From contig JBBABY010000005.1 of NCBI GenBank assembly GCA_041657425.1, positions 30,001 to 62,000 on the forward strand: 32,000 nucleotides of DNA, in the 5' to 3' direction. Each line of letters opens with the position of its first letter. The stretch's first letter is position 1. Of this stretch, positions 1 through 7,445 are shown piece after piece. Both the position numbers and the translations under genes were made by a program. The notes beneath the pieces were generated by a model, which saw only the letters and a list, made by a program, of their open reading frames with translations, ran no database searches and was not told the DNA's origin. The stretch is from an archaeon (GTDB lineage: Archaea > Iainarchaeota > Iainarchaeia > Iainarchaeales > CSSED10-239).

Positions 1-920
1 AAACAAATATAGTGATATTCTGAATTTTTCAGTAATTTCTTTCCAACGACAAGAGTTCCTTTTTCTTTTTTTTGAGTTGTAATTTTACCAACTCTGTAAT
101 TAAGTGTCTGTAATAATAATCTTAATCTTAAGATTAATTCTTTACTTGCAGACACATATCTACAACTATCTTTTTTCTTTTTATGAATATACCCGTCAGA
201 TAACAACAACCCTTCAATAAATGCTTCTTTTTGCTCATCTGGAATCGTATAAACCCAAGAAGGAATTATTTTATTCTTTGCACCTTTGTTAAATCCAAGG
301 GATTCAATAAATTTAGTTATGTTAACTGAATTCATATAGATGTAAGTTTTATCAGTAGTAATTGTCTTAAATCCAAATACTTTTTTACAAGTAGTTATAC
401 ATTTTTCTCTACCCTCTGTTCCTTCAGGTAAGGCAAAACCTATTTCTCCTTTATCTCTAATCCAACCATCTCCAAGATAAAGTCCTAAGAATAACATTAA
501 ATCTGTTGTTGATTTTTCTGGTATTTTTACATCATTAATTACATTTACTTTATAATCGCCTTTCTTTGAAAGTTGTATTTTTTCAAAAGTAAACGGTTTA
601 TTTCCTTTTAATTTCTTTAATGTAATTATTTGATCTCCTTTTTTTAATTCTTCAAGTGTTTTCCAAATTAAAGTGTTTGGTTTTCCTCTTGGAAGTTTAT
701 TAACAACTAAGAATGGGTGATTTCCTGTTGCTTTGATGTTATGATGAAAAGTTTCAATTTCATAAACTTTCTTAACTCCATTATCAAACACACCACTGCA
801 TTTTTTCAGAACCAATTTGTGTGTTTTTTGATCAAATGCATAAACCATTTCTCCAACTTTAATTTCAGTTATTTTTTTAAGTCCGGTTTCTGTGTAAATT
901 AATGAGTCTTTACTTAAGCA
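1..920 (-). mobile_element. Intein (Hint domain plus LAGLIDADG homing endonuclease) inserted in PorB; partial, C-terminal splice junction off-window
   Basis: Right after ...NEGYMN the sequence reads CLSKDSLIYTETGLKKITEIKVGEMVYAFD (block A, Cys1 codon 920..918). It continues with IKATGNHPFLV (block B TxxH) and two LAGLIDADG motifs, LGLYLGDGWI and AFIEGLLLSDGYI. The canonical PorB continuation (T/S-G-x-Q) is missing, so the C-extein must lie beyond position 1. Confidence 0.85.
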
Positions 921-1343
921 ATTCATGTACCCTTCATTCGAATAACAAAGATAAACAAAATCATGTCCTCTTTCTAGTGCTCCAGATAAACTTTGAAGAC
1001 CAATATCAAAACTTCCACCATCTCCAGCAATTACTAAAAAATTAATGTCTTTTTTTATTTTTCCTTTTTTCTTTTGTGCTCTGTATGCACTTTCAACTCC
1101 AGAAATTGTTGCGGCAGAGTTTGCAAAAAGAGAATGTATCCAAGGAATATTCCATGCAGTCTGTGGATAAACTGTTGTTGTAACTTCTGCACAAGAAGTT
1201 GCGCTGCTTGCAACAACTGGTTTGTCGCTTGCCGCAATCACAGTCTTACAAATAATTGCAATGGGGCACCCTGCACAAGTTCTGTATCCTGGAACCATTG
1301 CTTTACTTTCAGCTAATTTAATAGCAAGTTCTTTTGAGTTCAT
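1..1343 (-). CDS. porB: Pyruvate/2-oxoacid:ferredoxin oxidoreductase beta subunit (PorB), 5' part; interrupted by an intein; ORF runs off the left window edge
   Basis: Hand translation from ATG 1343..1341 gives MNSKELAIKLAESKAMVPGYRTCAGCPIAI...NFLVIAGDGGSFDIGLQSLSGALERGHDFVYLCYSNEGYMN. This is the PorB TPP-binding GDG-x26-N..YMN region. The frame stays open to position 1. It is absent from the supplied ORF track because no stop lies in the window. It sits at the end of the porD-porA gene string. Confidence 0.9.
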   Translation of the reverse strand, partial: MNSKELAIKLAESKAMVPGYRTCAGCPIAIICKTVIAASDKPVVASSATSCAEVTTTVYPQTAWNIPWIHSLFANSAATISGVESAYRAQKKKGKIKKDINFLVIAGDGGSFDIGLQSLSGALERGHDFVYLCYSNEGYMNCLSKDSLIYTETGLKKITEIKVGEMVYAFDQKTHKLVLKKCSGVFDNGVKKVYEIETFHHNIKATGNHPFLVVNKLPRGKPNTLIWKTLEELKKGDQIITLKKLKGNKPFTFEKIQLSKKGDYKVNVINDVKIPEKSTTDLMLFLGLYLGDGWIRDKGEIGFALPEGTEGREKCITTCKKVFGFKTITTDKTYIYMNSVNITKFIESLGFNKGAKNKIIPSWVYTIPDEQKEAFIEGLLLSDGYIHKKKKDSCRYVSASKELILRLRLLLQTLNYRVGKITTQKKEKGTLVVGKKLLKNSEYHYIC

Positions 1344-1346
1344 GTT

Positions 1347-2507
1347 TTATTCCTTTTCTTTTTCAAATCTGTGTTTTTTATAATTATCAACCATCGCTAA
1401 AATTAAATCTCTAAATGCTGGATTTTTTATAACATCGTTATTATTAGGATATGCAGATTCTTTCTGTCTGCCTTTAGAGGGGTTAAATAAAATTGCATCA
1501 ATTTTATTTTCCCCGTCTAATTTTAATGTGCTAGGTAATTGCTTTGTTCCATCACGCATGCTCCAATCATAACCTATAAGTTTTGAATTTATGTTACTAT
1601 CAGATAATACTCGACGAATCGGATATTGCATATATGTCCAATCATCGGATCTTGCAGCTGAAGAATATCCAACAAATGATGCTGGCATTTTCTTACTATC
1701 ACTAGCATCTACAAATATAAAAACTGGATCTTTATATTCTTGTTTATAATTATTGATAAATTTCATAAACGTATTAACAATTATTCTTGTTTTTGTTCCA
1801 TCTCCAACTTCTCCATATCTTCGATCAGGATTACTTGAAGGATATTTAAATTTATCTACAATTACTTTTTTACCATCTGGTTTAATTGACCAAGTATAAG
1901 GCACACCAGTACTTGCAATACCTACCACAACTATTGGTCTTTTTGTAAGTTTTGAAATTCTATTTACAAAAAATTCAGTAATTAAAATCTCTTTTCTAAA
2001 GGAGTTCATAAATTCAAAATCAGAAAAGTGCAATTTATATTTGTAAAACACTTCTTCTATTTCTTTTTCTAGTTCGTAACCATCTTTAATTTTTCCTGCT
2101 CTCACTTTTTCAAATAAAATATTAAGATCTTTTAGTATTGGAGAATTCACTTGATTAATAGAATTTATATTTAAGTCTGAAATCTGGGATAATATTTCAT
2201 TAAAATATACTTTCTCTCTTAATAATTGTTCTATTCCTAACTTTTCTAAACTTGTAAATACTTTGTTTTCCATATCGCTATACTTGGACGACTGCCAATA
2301 GTACCGGCTATTTAATATACGTCTAACTTCTTCTCTAAGGCGATGTATGCCAATTTTGTTATTCCTTATTTTTTCAAACAATTCGTTTAAATCCTTTAAT
2401 ATTGGACGCCCTTTTAGTTCTGCAGGATTTATTTTTGAATGTGTAATAGATAGTAATAATTCATTAAATTTGTGAGGCCCATCAGGTTTACGATTTAATT
2501 TAGGCAT
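1347..2507 (-). CDS. Hypothetical protein (386 aa, Cys-free) located between porA and porB
   Basis: Long ORF, same strand, 21 nt downstream of the porA stop; its own stop is 3 nt before the porB ATG. It has an internal duplication (RPILKDLNELFEKIRNNKIG / SPILKDLNILFEKVRAGKIKDG). The C-terminal globular part has hydrophobic strands VVVGIASTG and VFIFVDASDS. No family recognised. Confidence 0.6.
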   Translation of the reverse strand: MPKLNRKPDGPHKFNELLLSITHSKINPAELKGRPILKDLNELFEKIRNNKIGIHRLREEVRRILNSRYYWQSSKYSDMENKVFTSLEKLGIEQLLREKVYFNEILSQISDLNINSINQVNSPILKDLNILFEKVRAGKIKDGYELEKEIEEVFYKYKLHFSDFEFMNSFRKEILITEFFVNRISKLTKRPIVVVGIASTGVPYTWSIKPDGKKVIVDKFKYPSSNPDRRYGEVGDGTKTRIIVNTFMKFINNYKQEYKDPVFIFVDASDSKKMPASFVGYSSAARSDDWTYMQYPIRRVLSDSNINSKLIGYDWSMRDGTKQLPSTLKLDGENKIDAILFNPSKGRQKESAYPNNNDVIKNPAFRDLILAMVDNYKKHRFEKEKE

Positions 2508-2528
2508 AAAATTTTCACTTTAATTATT

Positions 2529-3689
2529 TTATTCCTTAATTCCAATATATCTGCTTTTTAGTTTCTTTCCTGCAATTACAGAAACTAAAAGTTCTTCAAT
2601 ATCTTTTTGATAAATGTCTCTTCCACCAAGTCCAAAGACTAAGGACATTACTTCTGGTTTATTTGTTGTATTCATTACTGTTAAACAAATATCTTTGTAA
2701 AGAGGAGGATAACTTCCTGGCCCTTCAGTTCTTTCAAGAACAATTATTTTTTTTGCTTTCTTTAAAGCTTTTGAATATTCTTCATAAAGGAATGGTCTGA
2801 ATAATATTGGTCGCAAAAGACCAACAGATTTTCCTTCTTTTCTTAATTTATCAATAACATCTTTTGAGCTTTCTGCTGTTGAACTTAATACAATAAGAAC
2901 TGTTTCTGAAGAACTTGCAAAATAATCTTCATAAAAATTAATTTCTTTTCCAAAATTATTTTTAAATTCTTTAGAAATTTTTGAATAGTTGTCTTTAACT
3001 TCCAAAAAAGCATCAAACATTTGTTTTCTTATTTCCATGTAACTGTCAGGTAAAGCAAGAGCACCAATAGTTATTGGGTGATCAGTGTCAAGAAGATTAT
3101 ATTTAGGTTTAAATTCTCCTACAAATTTTTTAACAGTTAAATCATCATAAACATTAATAACTTCCATATTGTGGCTTGTGTAAAATCCATCAATACAAAC
3201 CATGATCGGAAGAGATACTGATTCTGCAAGTTTTAATCCAAATAATGTCATCTCATAAGCTTCCTCGGCATTCTCACAATACACTTGCATCCAACCTTGG
3301 TCAATAGCAGACATTGAGTCACTGTGATCACAATGAATGTTAATCGGCGCAGAGATTGCTCTATTAGCCACAGGCATAACTATTGGAAGTCTTAAACCAC
3401 TAGCGACACTAAGTGCTTCATACATGTAAAGTAAACCTTGAGAAGCAGTAGCTGTAACTGCTCTAACACCTGCAGCACTTGCACCAATGGTTGCTGAAAG
3501 AGCAGAGTGTTCAGATTCTGTTCTAATTAATTCAGTGTCAACAAGCCCATTAGCAGAATACTTAGCATAACTTTCAATGATTGGTGTTTGAGGAGTAATT
3601 GGATACATTGCAAATACTTCTGGGTTAATTTGCTTTAATGCATAAGCAATTGCTTCTCCACCACTTAAACCTAATTTTGTTGTTTTCAT
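2529..3689 (-). CDS. porA: Pyruvate:ferredoxin oxidoreductase alpha subunit (PorA)
   Basis: MKTTKLGLSGGEAIAYALKQINPEVFAMYPITPQTPIIE...SEHSALSATIGASAAGVRAVTATASQGLLYMYE is typical of the PorA N-terminal domain. The ATG at 3689 is preferred: it forms an ATGA overlap with the porD stop and has GGTGAAGG upstream. The track ORF extends to 3710. Confidence 0.9.
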   Translation of the reverse strand: MKTTKLGLSGGEAIAYALKQINPEVFAMYPITPQTPIIESYAKYSANGLVDTELIRTESEHSALSATIGASAAGVRAVTATASQGLLYMYEALSVASGLRLPIVMPVANRAISAPINIHCDHSDSMSAIDQGWMQVYCENAEEAYEMTLFGLKLAESVSLPIMVCIDGFYTSHNMEVINVYDDLTVKKFVGEFKPKYNLLDTDHPITIGALALPDSYMEIRKQMFDAFLEVKDNYSKISKEFKNNFGKEINFYEDYFASSSETVLIVLSSTAESSKDVIDKLRKEGKSVGLLRPILFRPFLYEEYSKALKKAKKIIVLERTEGPGSYPPLYKDICLTVMNTTNKPEVMSLVFGLGGRDIYQKDIEELLVSVIAGKKLKSRYIGIKE

Positions 3690-3964
3690 TCCTTCACCAT
3701 CTTTATACATTTAACTGGACAGATTTCAGCACAGATTCCACAGCCTTTACAATAATCCATATTTGTTTCTCCTCTTTTAATGCCAGTTTTATCTTTTTTG
3801 GTTAAGATACAATGTTCAGGGCAAGCATTAAAGCAAAGCATACAGTGTATGCATTTTTTTGAGTCCCACACTGGCTTAACACTTCTCCAAGATCCAGTTT
3901 TGTTAACAAGGGCAGTTCCTCCAGGAAGCACCCCACCAAGATTGTGTTTTTGTTTTTCTGTCAT
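3686..3964 (-). CDS. porD: Pyruvate:ferredoxin oxidoreductase delta subunit (PorD), 2x[4Fe-4S] ferredoxin-like
   Basis: Two CxxCxxCxxxCP motifs (CIHCMLCFNACP, CKGCGICAEICP), size about 90 aa, immediately upstream of porA. ATG at 3964 preferred over GTG at 3973. Confidence 0.9.
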   Translation of the reverse strand: MTEKQKHNLGGVLPGGTALVNKTGSWRSVKPVWDSKKCIHCMLCFNACPEHCILTKKDKTGIKRGETNMDYCKGCGICAEICPVKCIKMVKE

Positions 3965-4053
3965 AAATATCACTTATACCTAAATACTATATAGTATATA
4001 AAATACAAGTCTTTTTATAATTATTTAATTTAAAATATATAAGTGATTTAATA

Positions 4054-4881
4054 ATGCCAGAACTAAGAACCTATAAACGAGGAAAAACAGAAGTTGTTGT
4101 TAATGGGCATAAGCATGAATTACTAGATAAAAAAATATTTGAAGAAATTAAAAGACAAGCAAATTTTGTGAGATTACCAAATTCAACAGGCCAGTTTTCT
4201 CAAATTTTAGAAAAAGAGATCTTTATTAAAAAGGCAATTGATCCAGAAACAGACATAGATCAAATGAAGGATTACTTAAAACAATCACAAGTAGTAGATA
4301 ATATTCCAGAGATTTATGGTTATATTAAACTAAATGATAAGTTATATATTATTCAAAAACTAATTTTAGACTCGATGGTATTAAGTGATTATTTAAAAAA
4401 AGCAGATAAAAAAGAAATATTAAGAATAAAAGAGCAACTAAGAAAACAAGGAGAAATACTTTTACAAAATAACCTTTTACCTTGGGATTTTAAAATAAAG
4501 AATTTAATTTATTCTAAGAAAGATAATAAAGTTTATATTTGTGACAATGAGATATCCCACATACACCCCGAACTATTATATTCTTTAATTAAAAGAGCAA
4601 ATTTACAACCCTCTAGAAAATTAAAATTATTAAGAGATTTGTCAAAAATAAAAAGAAAAGTTGTTTTAATAAAACAAAAATTGCTTAATTTAAATAAAAA
4701 AACAAGCAATGCAGAAACTGTATTGCAATCTAATAAAGAAATGAAATCTTCTAAATTAAAAAGATTAATTCATTCAGAAACTAAAAAGATATATTCTAAT
4801 TTATCAAGTCAAGAAATTAAAAAAATACAACAAATTACTTTTGAAGAGTTTTTGGCAGATCTTGATTCTTATTTAAAATAA
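4054..4881 (+). CDS. Hypothetical protein, possibly an atypical protein-kinase-like fold; Lys-rich C-terminal tail
   Basis: 275-aa ORF. The segment LLPWDFKIKNLIYSKKDNKVYICDNE resembles a kinase catalytic loop (D-x-K-x-x-N) followed by a degenerate DFG (CDN). Judged by eye only. Its 3' end overlaps the porG 3' end by 13 nt (convergent). Confidence 0.4.
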   Translation: MPELRTYKRGKTEVVVNGHKHELLDKKIFEEIKRQANFVRLPNSTGQFSQILEKEIFIKKAIDPETDIDQMKDYLKQSQVVDNIPEIYGYIKLNDKLYIIQKLILDSMVLSDYLKKADKKEILRIKEQLRKQGEILLQNNLLPWDFKIKNLIYSKKDNKVYICDNEISHIHPELLYSLIKRANLQPSRKLKLLRDLSKIKRKVVLIKQKLLNLNKKTSNAETVLQSNKEMKSSKLKRLIHSETKKIYSNLSSQEIKKIQQITFEEFLADLDSYLK

Positions 4882-5426
4882 TCAAATCCTTTTTTAAGAC
4901 ATAAAAGATTTGGTTGAATAATATCTTTCTTTCCTTTCTTTTCAAATTCTGTAGTTATTGATGTTTCAACTGAAGAATATTTGATAACTCCAAATAATTT
5001 AACAAAGGCACCAATAAGAACTGCATTTGGATTATTTAATTTTAATAATTCCATAGAAATTGAACTTCCATCAATTACGTTTGTTTTTTCTTCTTCTTTT
5101 ATGTATTTTTTAAAGTCTGCTTTCTTTTTATTTGTATTAATTATATAATCACAAGTAAACTTTGAAAGATCAGGGATTGCTGTAAACAAAGTATCGTCAA
5201 TAACAATAACTAAATCTGGATTAGTTATTGGTTCATGCACTCTTATTTGTTTGTCAGAAAGTCTAACAAATGATCTTACTGGCGCTCCTCTTCTTTCAGG
5301 GCCATACTCAGGAAATGCTTGAACCACTTTTCCATCGATTAGCCCAGAATCTGCAATCAATTGTGCACAGGTTTTGGCACCAAGTCCTGCTCTACCATAA
5401 ATTATTATTTCAAAGTTTGTTTTCAT
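4869..5426 (-). CDS. porG: Pyruvate:ferredoxin oxidoreductase gamma subunit (PorG)
   Basis: MKTNFEIIIYGRAGLGAKTCAQLIADSGLIDGKVVQAFPEYGPERRGAPVRSFVRLSD matches the conserved PorG N-terminus (GxGGQG-like loop, YGPE.RG.P). Confidence 0.9.
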   Translation of the reverse strand: MKTNFEIIIYGRAGLGAKTCAQLIADSGLIDGKVVQAFPEYGPERRGAPVRSFVRLSDKQIRVHEPITNPDLVIVIDDTLFTAIPDLSKFTCDYIINTNKKKADFKKYIKEEEKTNVIDGSSISMELLKLNNPNAVLIGAFVKLFGVIKYSSVETSITTEFEKKGKKDIIQPNLLCLKKGFDYFK

Positions 5427-5438
5427 ATTTTCTCAAAT

Positions 5439-5741
5439 TTATTTTTTAGTTGCAATTCTGGTTATCCAAAAGAAGGTTTCATAATTCTGGTCTTTATCAA
5501 TTAATTCTGAAATAGTTAAATCTCCACAATTTTCAAAAAATTCTTTTAATCTGGGTTCTTTAGCAACACATCCATAAAACATCTTTACTTTTAAATGTCC
5601 AATCTTAGTTTTTATTAAGTCAGGTCTAGTATTTACATTAAAAAATTTTTTTAATTTCTCAGGAGTTGAACGAAAGGTAAAGTTATTTATTCTTTCTTTT
5701 ATTTTTGTTCTAATTTCTCTAATTTTTGCTTTCATTGCCAT
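5439..5741 (-). CDS. Hypothetical protein (100 aa), upstream of and co-oriented with porG
   Basis: ORF only, with a 12-nt gap to the porG start. No recognisable motifs. Confidence 0.45.
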   Translation of the reverse strand: MAMKAKIREIRTKIKERINNFTFRSTPEKLKKFFNVNTRPDLIKTKIGHLKVKMFYGCVAKEPRLKEFFENCGDLTISELIDKDQNYETFFWITRIATKK

Positions 5742-5839
5742 TTATAATCACCATAACTATCAATACATAAGAAAGAAATGATTATATATATATTTATAGT
5801 ATTTATAATATATCTATTTACAAACAAACGTGATAATTC

Positions 5840-7186
5840 TTGAAAACACTAGAAAAATACTTTAAACCACATACAATTGCAATAATTGGGGCCTCTGATA
5901 AGCAGGCAAGTATAGGTAATACCCTCGCTAAGAACGTAAGCAACTATAAAAGAAAAGTATTTTTTGTAAATCCTAGATTGTCAGGAAAGAAAATATTAAA
6001 TAAACAAGTTTTTGCAAGTATTCTAGAAATCAAAGAAACAATAGATTTAGCAGTTATTGCAGTTCCTGCAGTTGCTGTGATTTCTGTTATTGAAGAAATT
6101 GCAAAAACTAAATGTAAGAACATATTAATGGTGACTTCTGGTTTTTCAGAGATTGGAAGAATCGACATTACTGAGAATATAAAAAAATTAATAACAAAAC
6201 ACAAAATAAATCTAGTGGGTCCAAATTGTTTAGGTTTATTAAATCTAGAAAATAATTTAGATATTACATTTAATGACAGAAATAAATATGATTTGCCAAA
6301 AGTAGGAAGAACATCAATAATTTCTCAGTCAGGCGCTCTTGGTCTTGCACTTTTAGATCTCTCAAGTAAAGAGCAATTAGAAATTAATAAGTTTATTTCA
6401 TATGGTAATGCATTAGATGTTGATGAAAGTGATTTATTAGAGTATTTTTATACTGACAAAAGCACAGACCTAATTCTTTGTTACATTGAAGGAGTGCAAA
6501 ACGGGAAGAAGTTCTTTGAAACATTAAAGAAGGTTACAAAGAAAAAGAAAGTTATAATTTTAAAAGGCGGAATCTCAGAGAAAGGAACAACAGCAGTTAA
6601 GAGTCACACCGCAGCAATTGCCGGTTCTTCAAAAGTTTTTTCTACAGCAGTTAAGCAAGCAGGAGCAAAAGAAGTAGATAATATTAGAGATTTATTTAAT
6701 CTTGCAAAGTTTTATTCTTGGTACAAAACAAATAAGATGGAAAATATTCAGATAATAACTAATGGTGGGGGGTTTGGCGTAATTACAACAGACCAATTAG
6801 ATTTACAAAAAATAAAGTTGGCAGAAACTACAAAAGAAACAAAAGAAAAAATAAAAAAGATTGTTCCAATCTATGCGACAACCACAAACCCAATTGATTT
6901 AACAGGGGATGCCGATAATGCCAGATTCTGTAAAGTTATTGATATTTGTTTAAAAGACAAAAATGTTTCAGCAATTGCAGTATTAATGCTTTTGCAACTA
7001 CCGAGTATTTCTTCTTCAATTGTTAATGAGATTGCAAGCAGAAAATCAAAAACACACAAATCAATATTTTTAGTATCAGTTGGTGGAAGTAAAACCGATA
7101 AGCAATTAGCAGATTTTGAAAAACAAAAAGTACTATGTTTTAAAGACCCAAAAGATCTTTCAAGGATTTTAAAACAAATTATTTAA
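5840..7186 (+). CDS. Acetate--CoA ligase (ADP-forming) alpha-type subunit / CoA-binding succinyl-CoA-synthetase-like protein
   Basis: HTIAIIGASDKQASIGN (CoA-binding Rossmann), AVIAVPA, GPNCLGL, SQSGALG and TAAIAGS motifs are typical of ACD alpha. TTG start with a GTGA SD-like element 6 nt upstream; no in-frame ATG nearby. Confidence 0.8.
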   Translation: MKTLEKYFKPHTIAIIGASDKQASIGNTLAKNVSNYKRKVFFVNPRLSGKKILNKQVFASILEIKETIDLAVIAVPAVAVISVIEEIAKTKCKNILMVTSGFSEIGRIDITENIKKLITKHKINLVGPNCLGLLNLENNLDITFNDRNKYDLPKVGRTSIISQSGALGLALLDLSSKEQLEINKFISYGNALDVDESDLLEYFYTDKSTDLILCYIEGVQNGKKFFETLKKVTKKKKVIILKGGISEKGTTAVKSHTAAIAGSSKVFSTAVKQAGAKEVDNIRDLFNLAKFYSWYKTNKMENIQIITNGGGFGVITTDQLDLQKIKLAETTKETKEKIKKIVPIYATTTNPIDLTGDADNARFCKVIDICLKDKNVSAIAVLMLLQLPSISSSIVNEIASRKSKTHKSIFLVSVGGSKTDKQLADFEKQKVLCFKDPKDLSRILKQII

Positions 7187-7431
7187 ATTGCTTTTACTTT
7201 TCTTTTTGGACTTTCAGCTTTATCTTTGTGTTTTAATAGTTGGTTAATTTCCAGAAGCAGTTCTTTTTTCTTTAGTCCATACATTTCACAGACATCGCCA
7301 ATTTCTAAATTGTCAATTTCTATTTTTGCCATTGGACAACTTACGCAAGGGACTTTGTGTTTAACTAGTACTTTTTCCATTCCCTTAAGTTTCATTATCT
7401 TTTCTAATTTTGTATGTTCGTCTACTTTCAT
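7183..7431 (-). CDS. Small DUF1858-like (hybrid-cluster-protein-associated redox disulfide type) protein
   Basis: 82 aa with VPCVSCPMAKIEIDNLEIGDVCEMYGL, which resembles the DUF1858 CxxC.../G motif pattern. Last gene of the isc string. Its stop overlaps the ACD stop in a shared TTAA (convergent). Confidence 0.45.
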   Translation of the reverse strand: MKVDEHTKLEKIMKLKGMEKVLVKHKVPCVSCPMAKIEIDNLEIGDVCEMYGLKKKELLLEINQLLKHKDKAESPKRKVKAI

Positions 7432-7445
7432 ATTTTGCCTCCGAT

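Noticed and set aside
717-1316. Track ORFs 717..902(+), 1074..1316(+) and 1055..1237(-).
   Set aside because: They lie inside or antisense to the continuous PorB-intein reading frame, have Cys/Phe-rich low-complexity translations, and show no motifs.
1347-2507. The ORF between porA and porB might be a PorE/PorF-like extra POR subunit.
   Set aside because: PorE/PorF are Cys-rich Fe-S proteins, and this ORF has no cysteine at all. It is kept as an unknown (see findings).
3969-4047. A 10-bp inverted repeat ATCACTTATA / TATAAGTGAT brackets the porD/kinase-like intergenic spacer and could be a mobile-element terminal repeat.
   Set aside because: It brackets only promoter DNA, not a gene. The left arm overlaps the porD start region. 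A 10-bp AT-rich match is plausible by chance, and no target-site duplication was seen.
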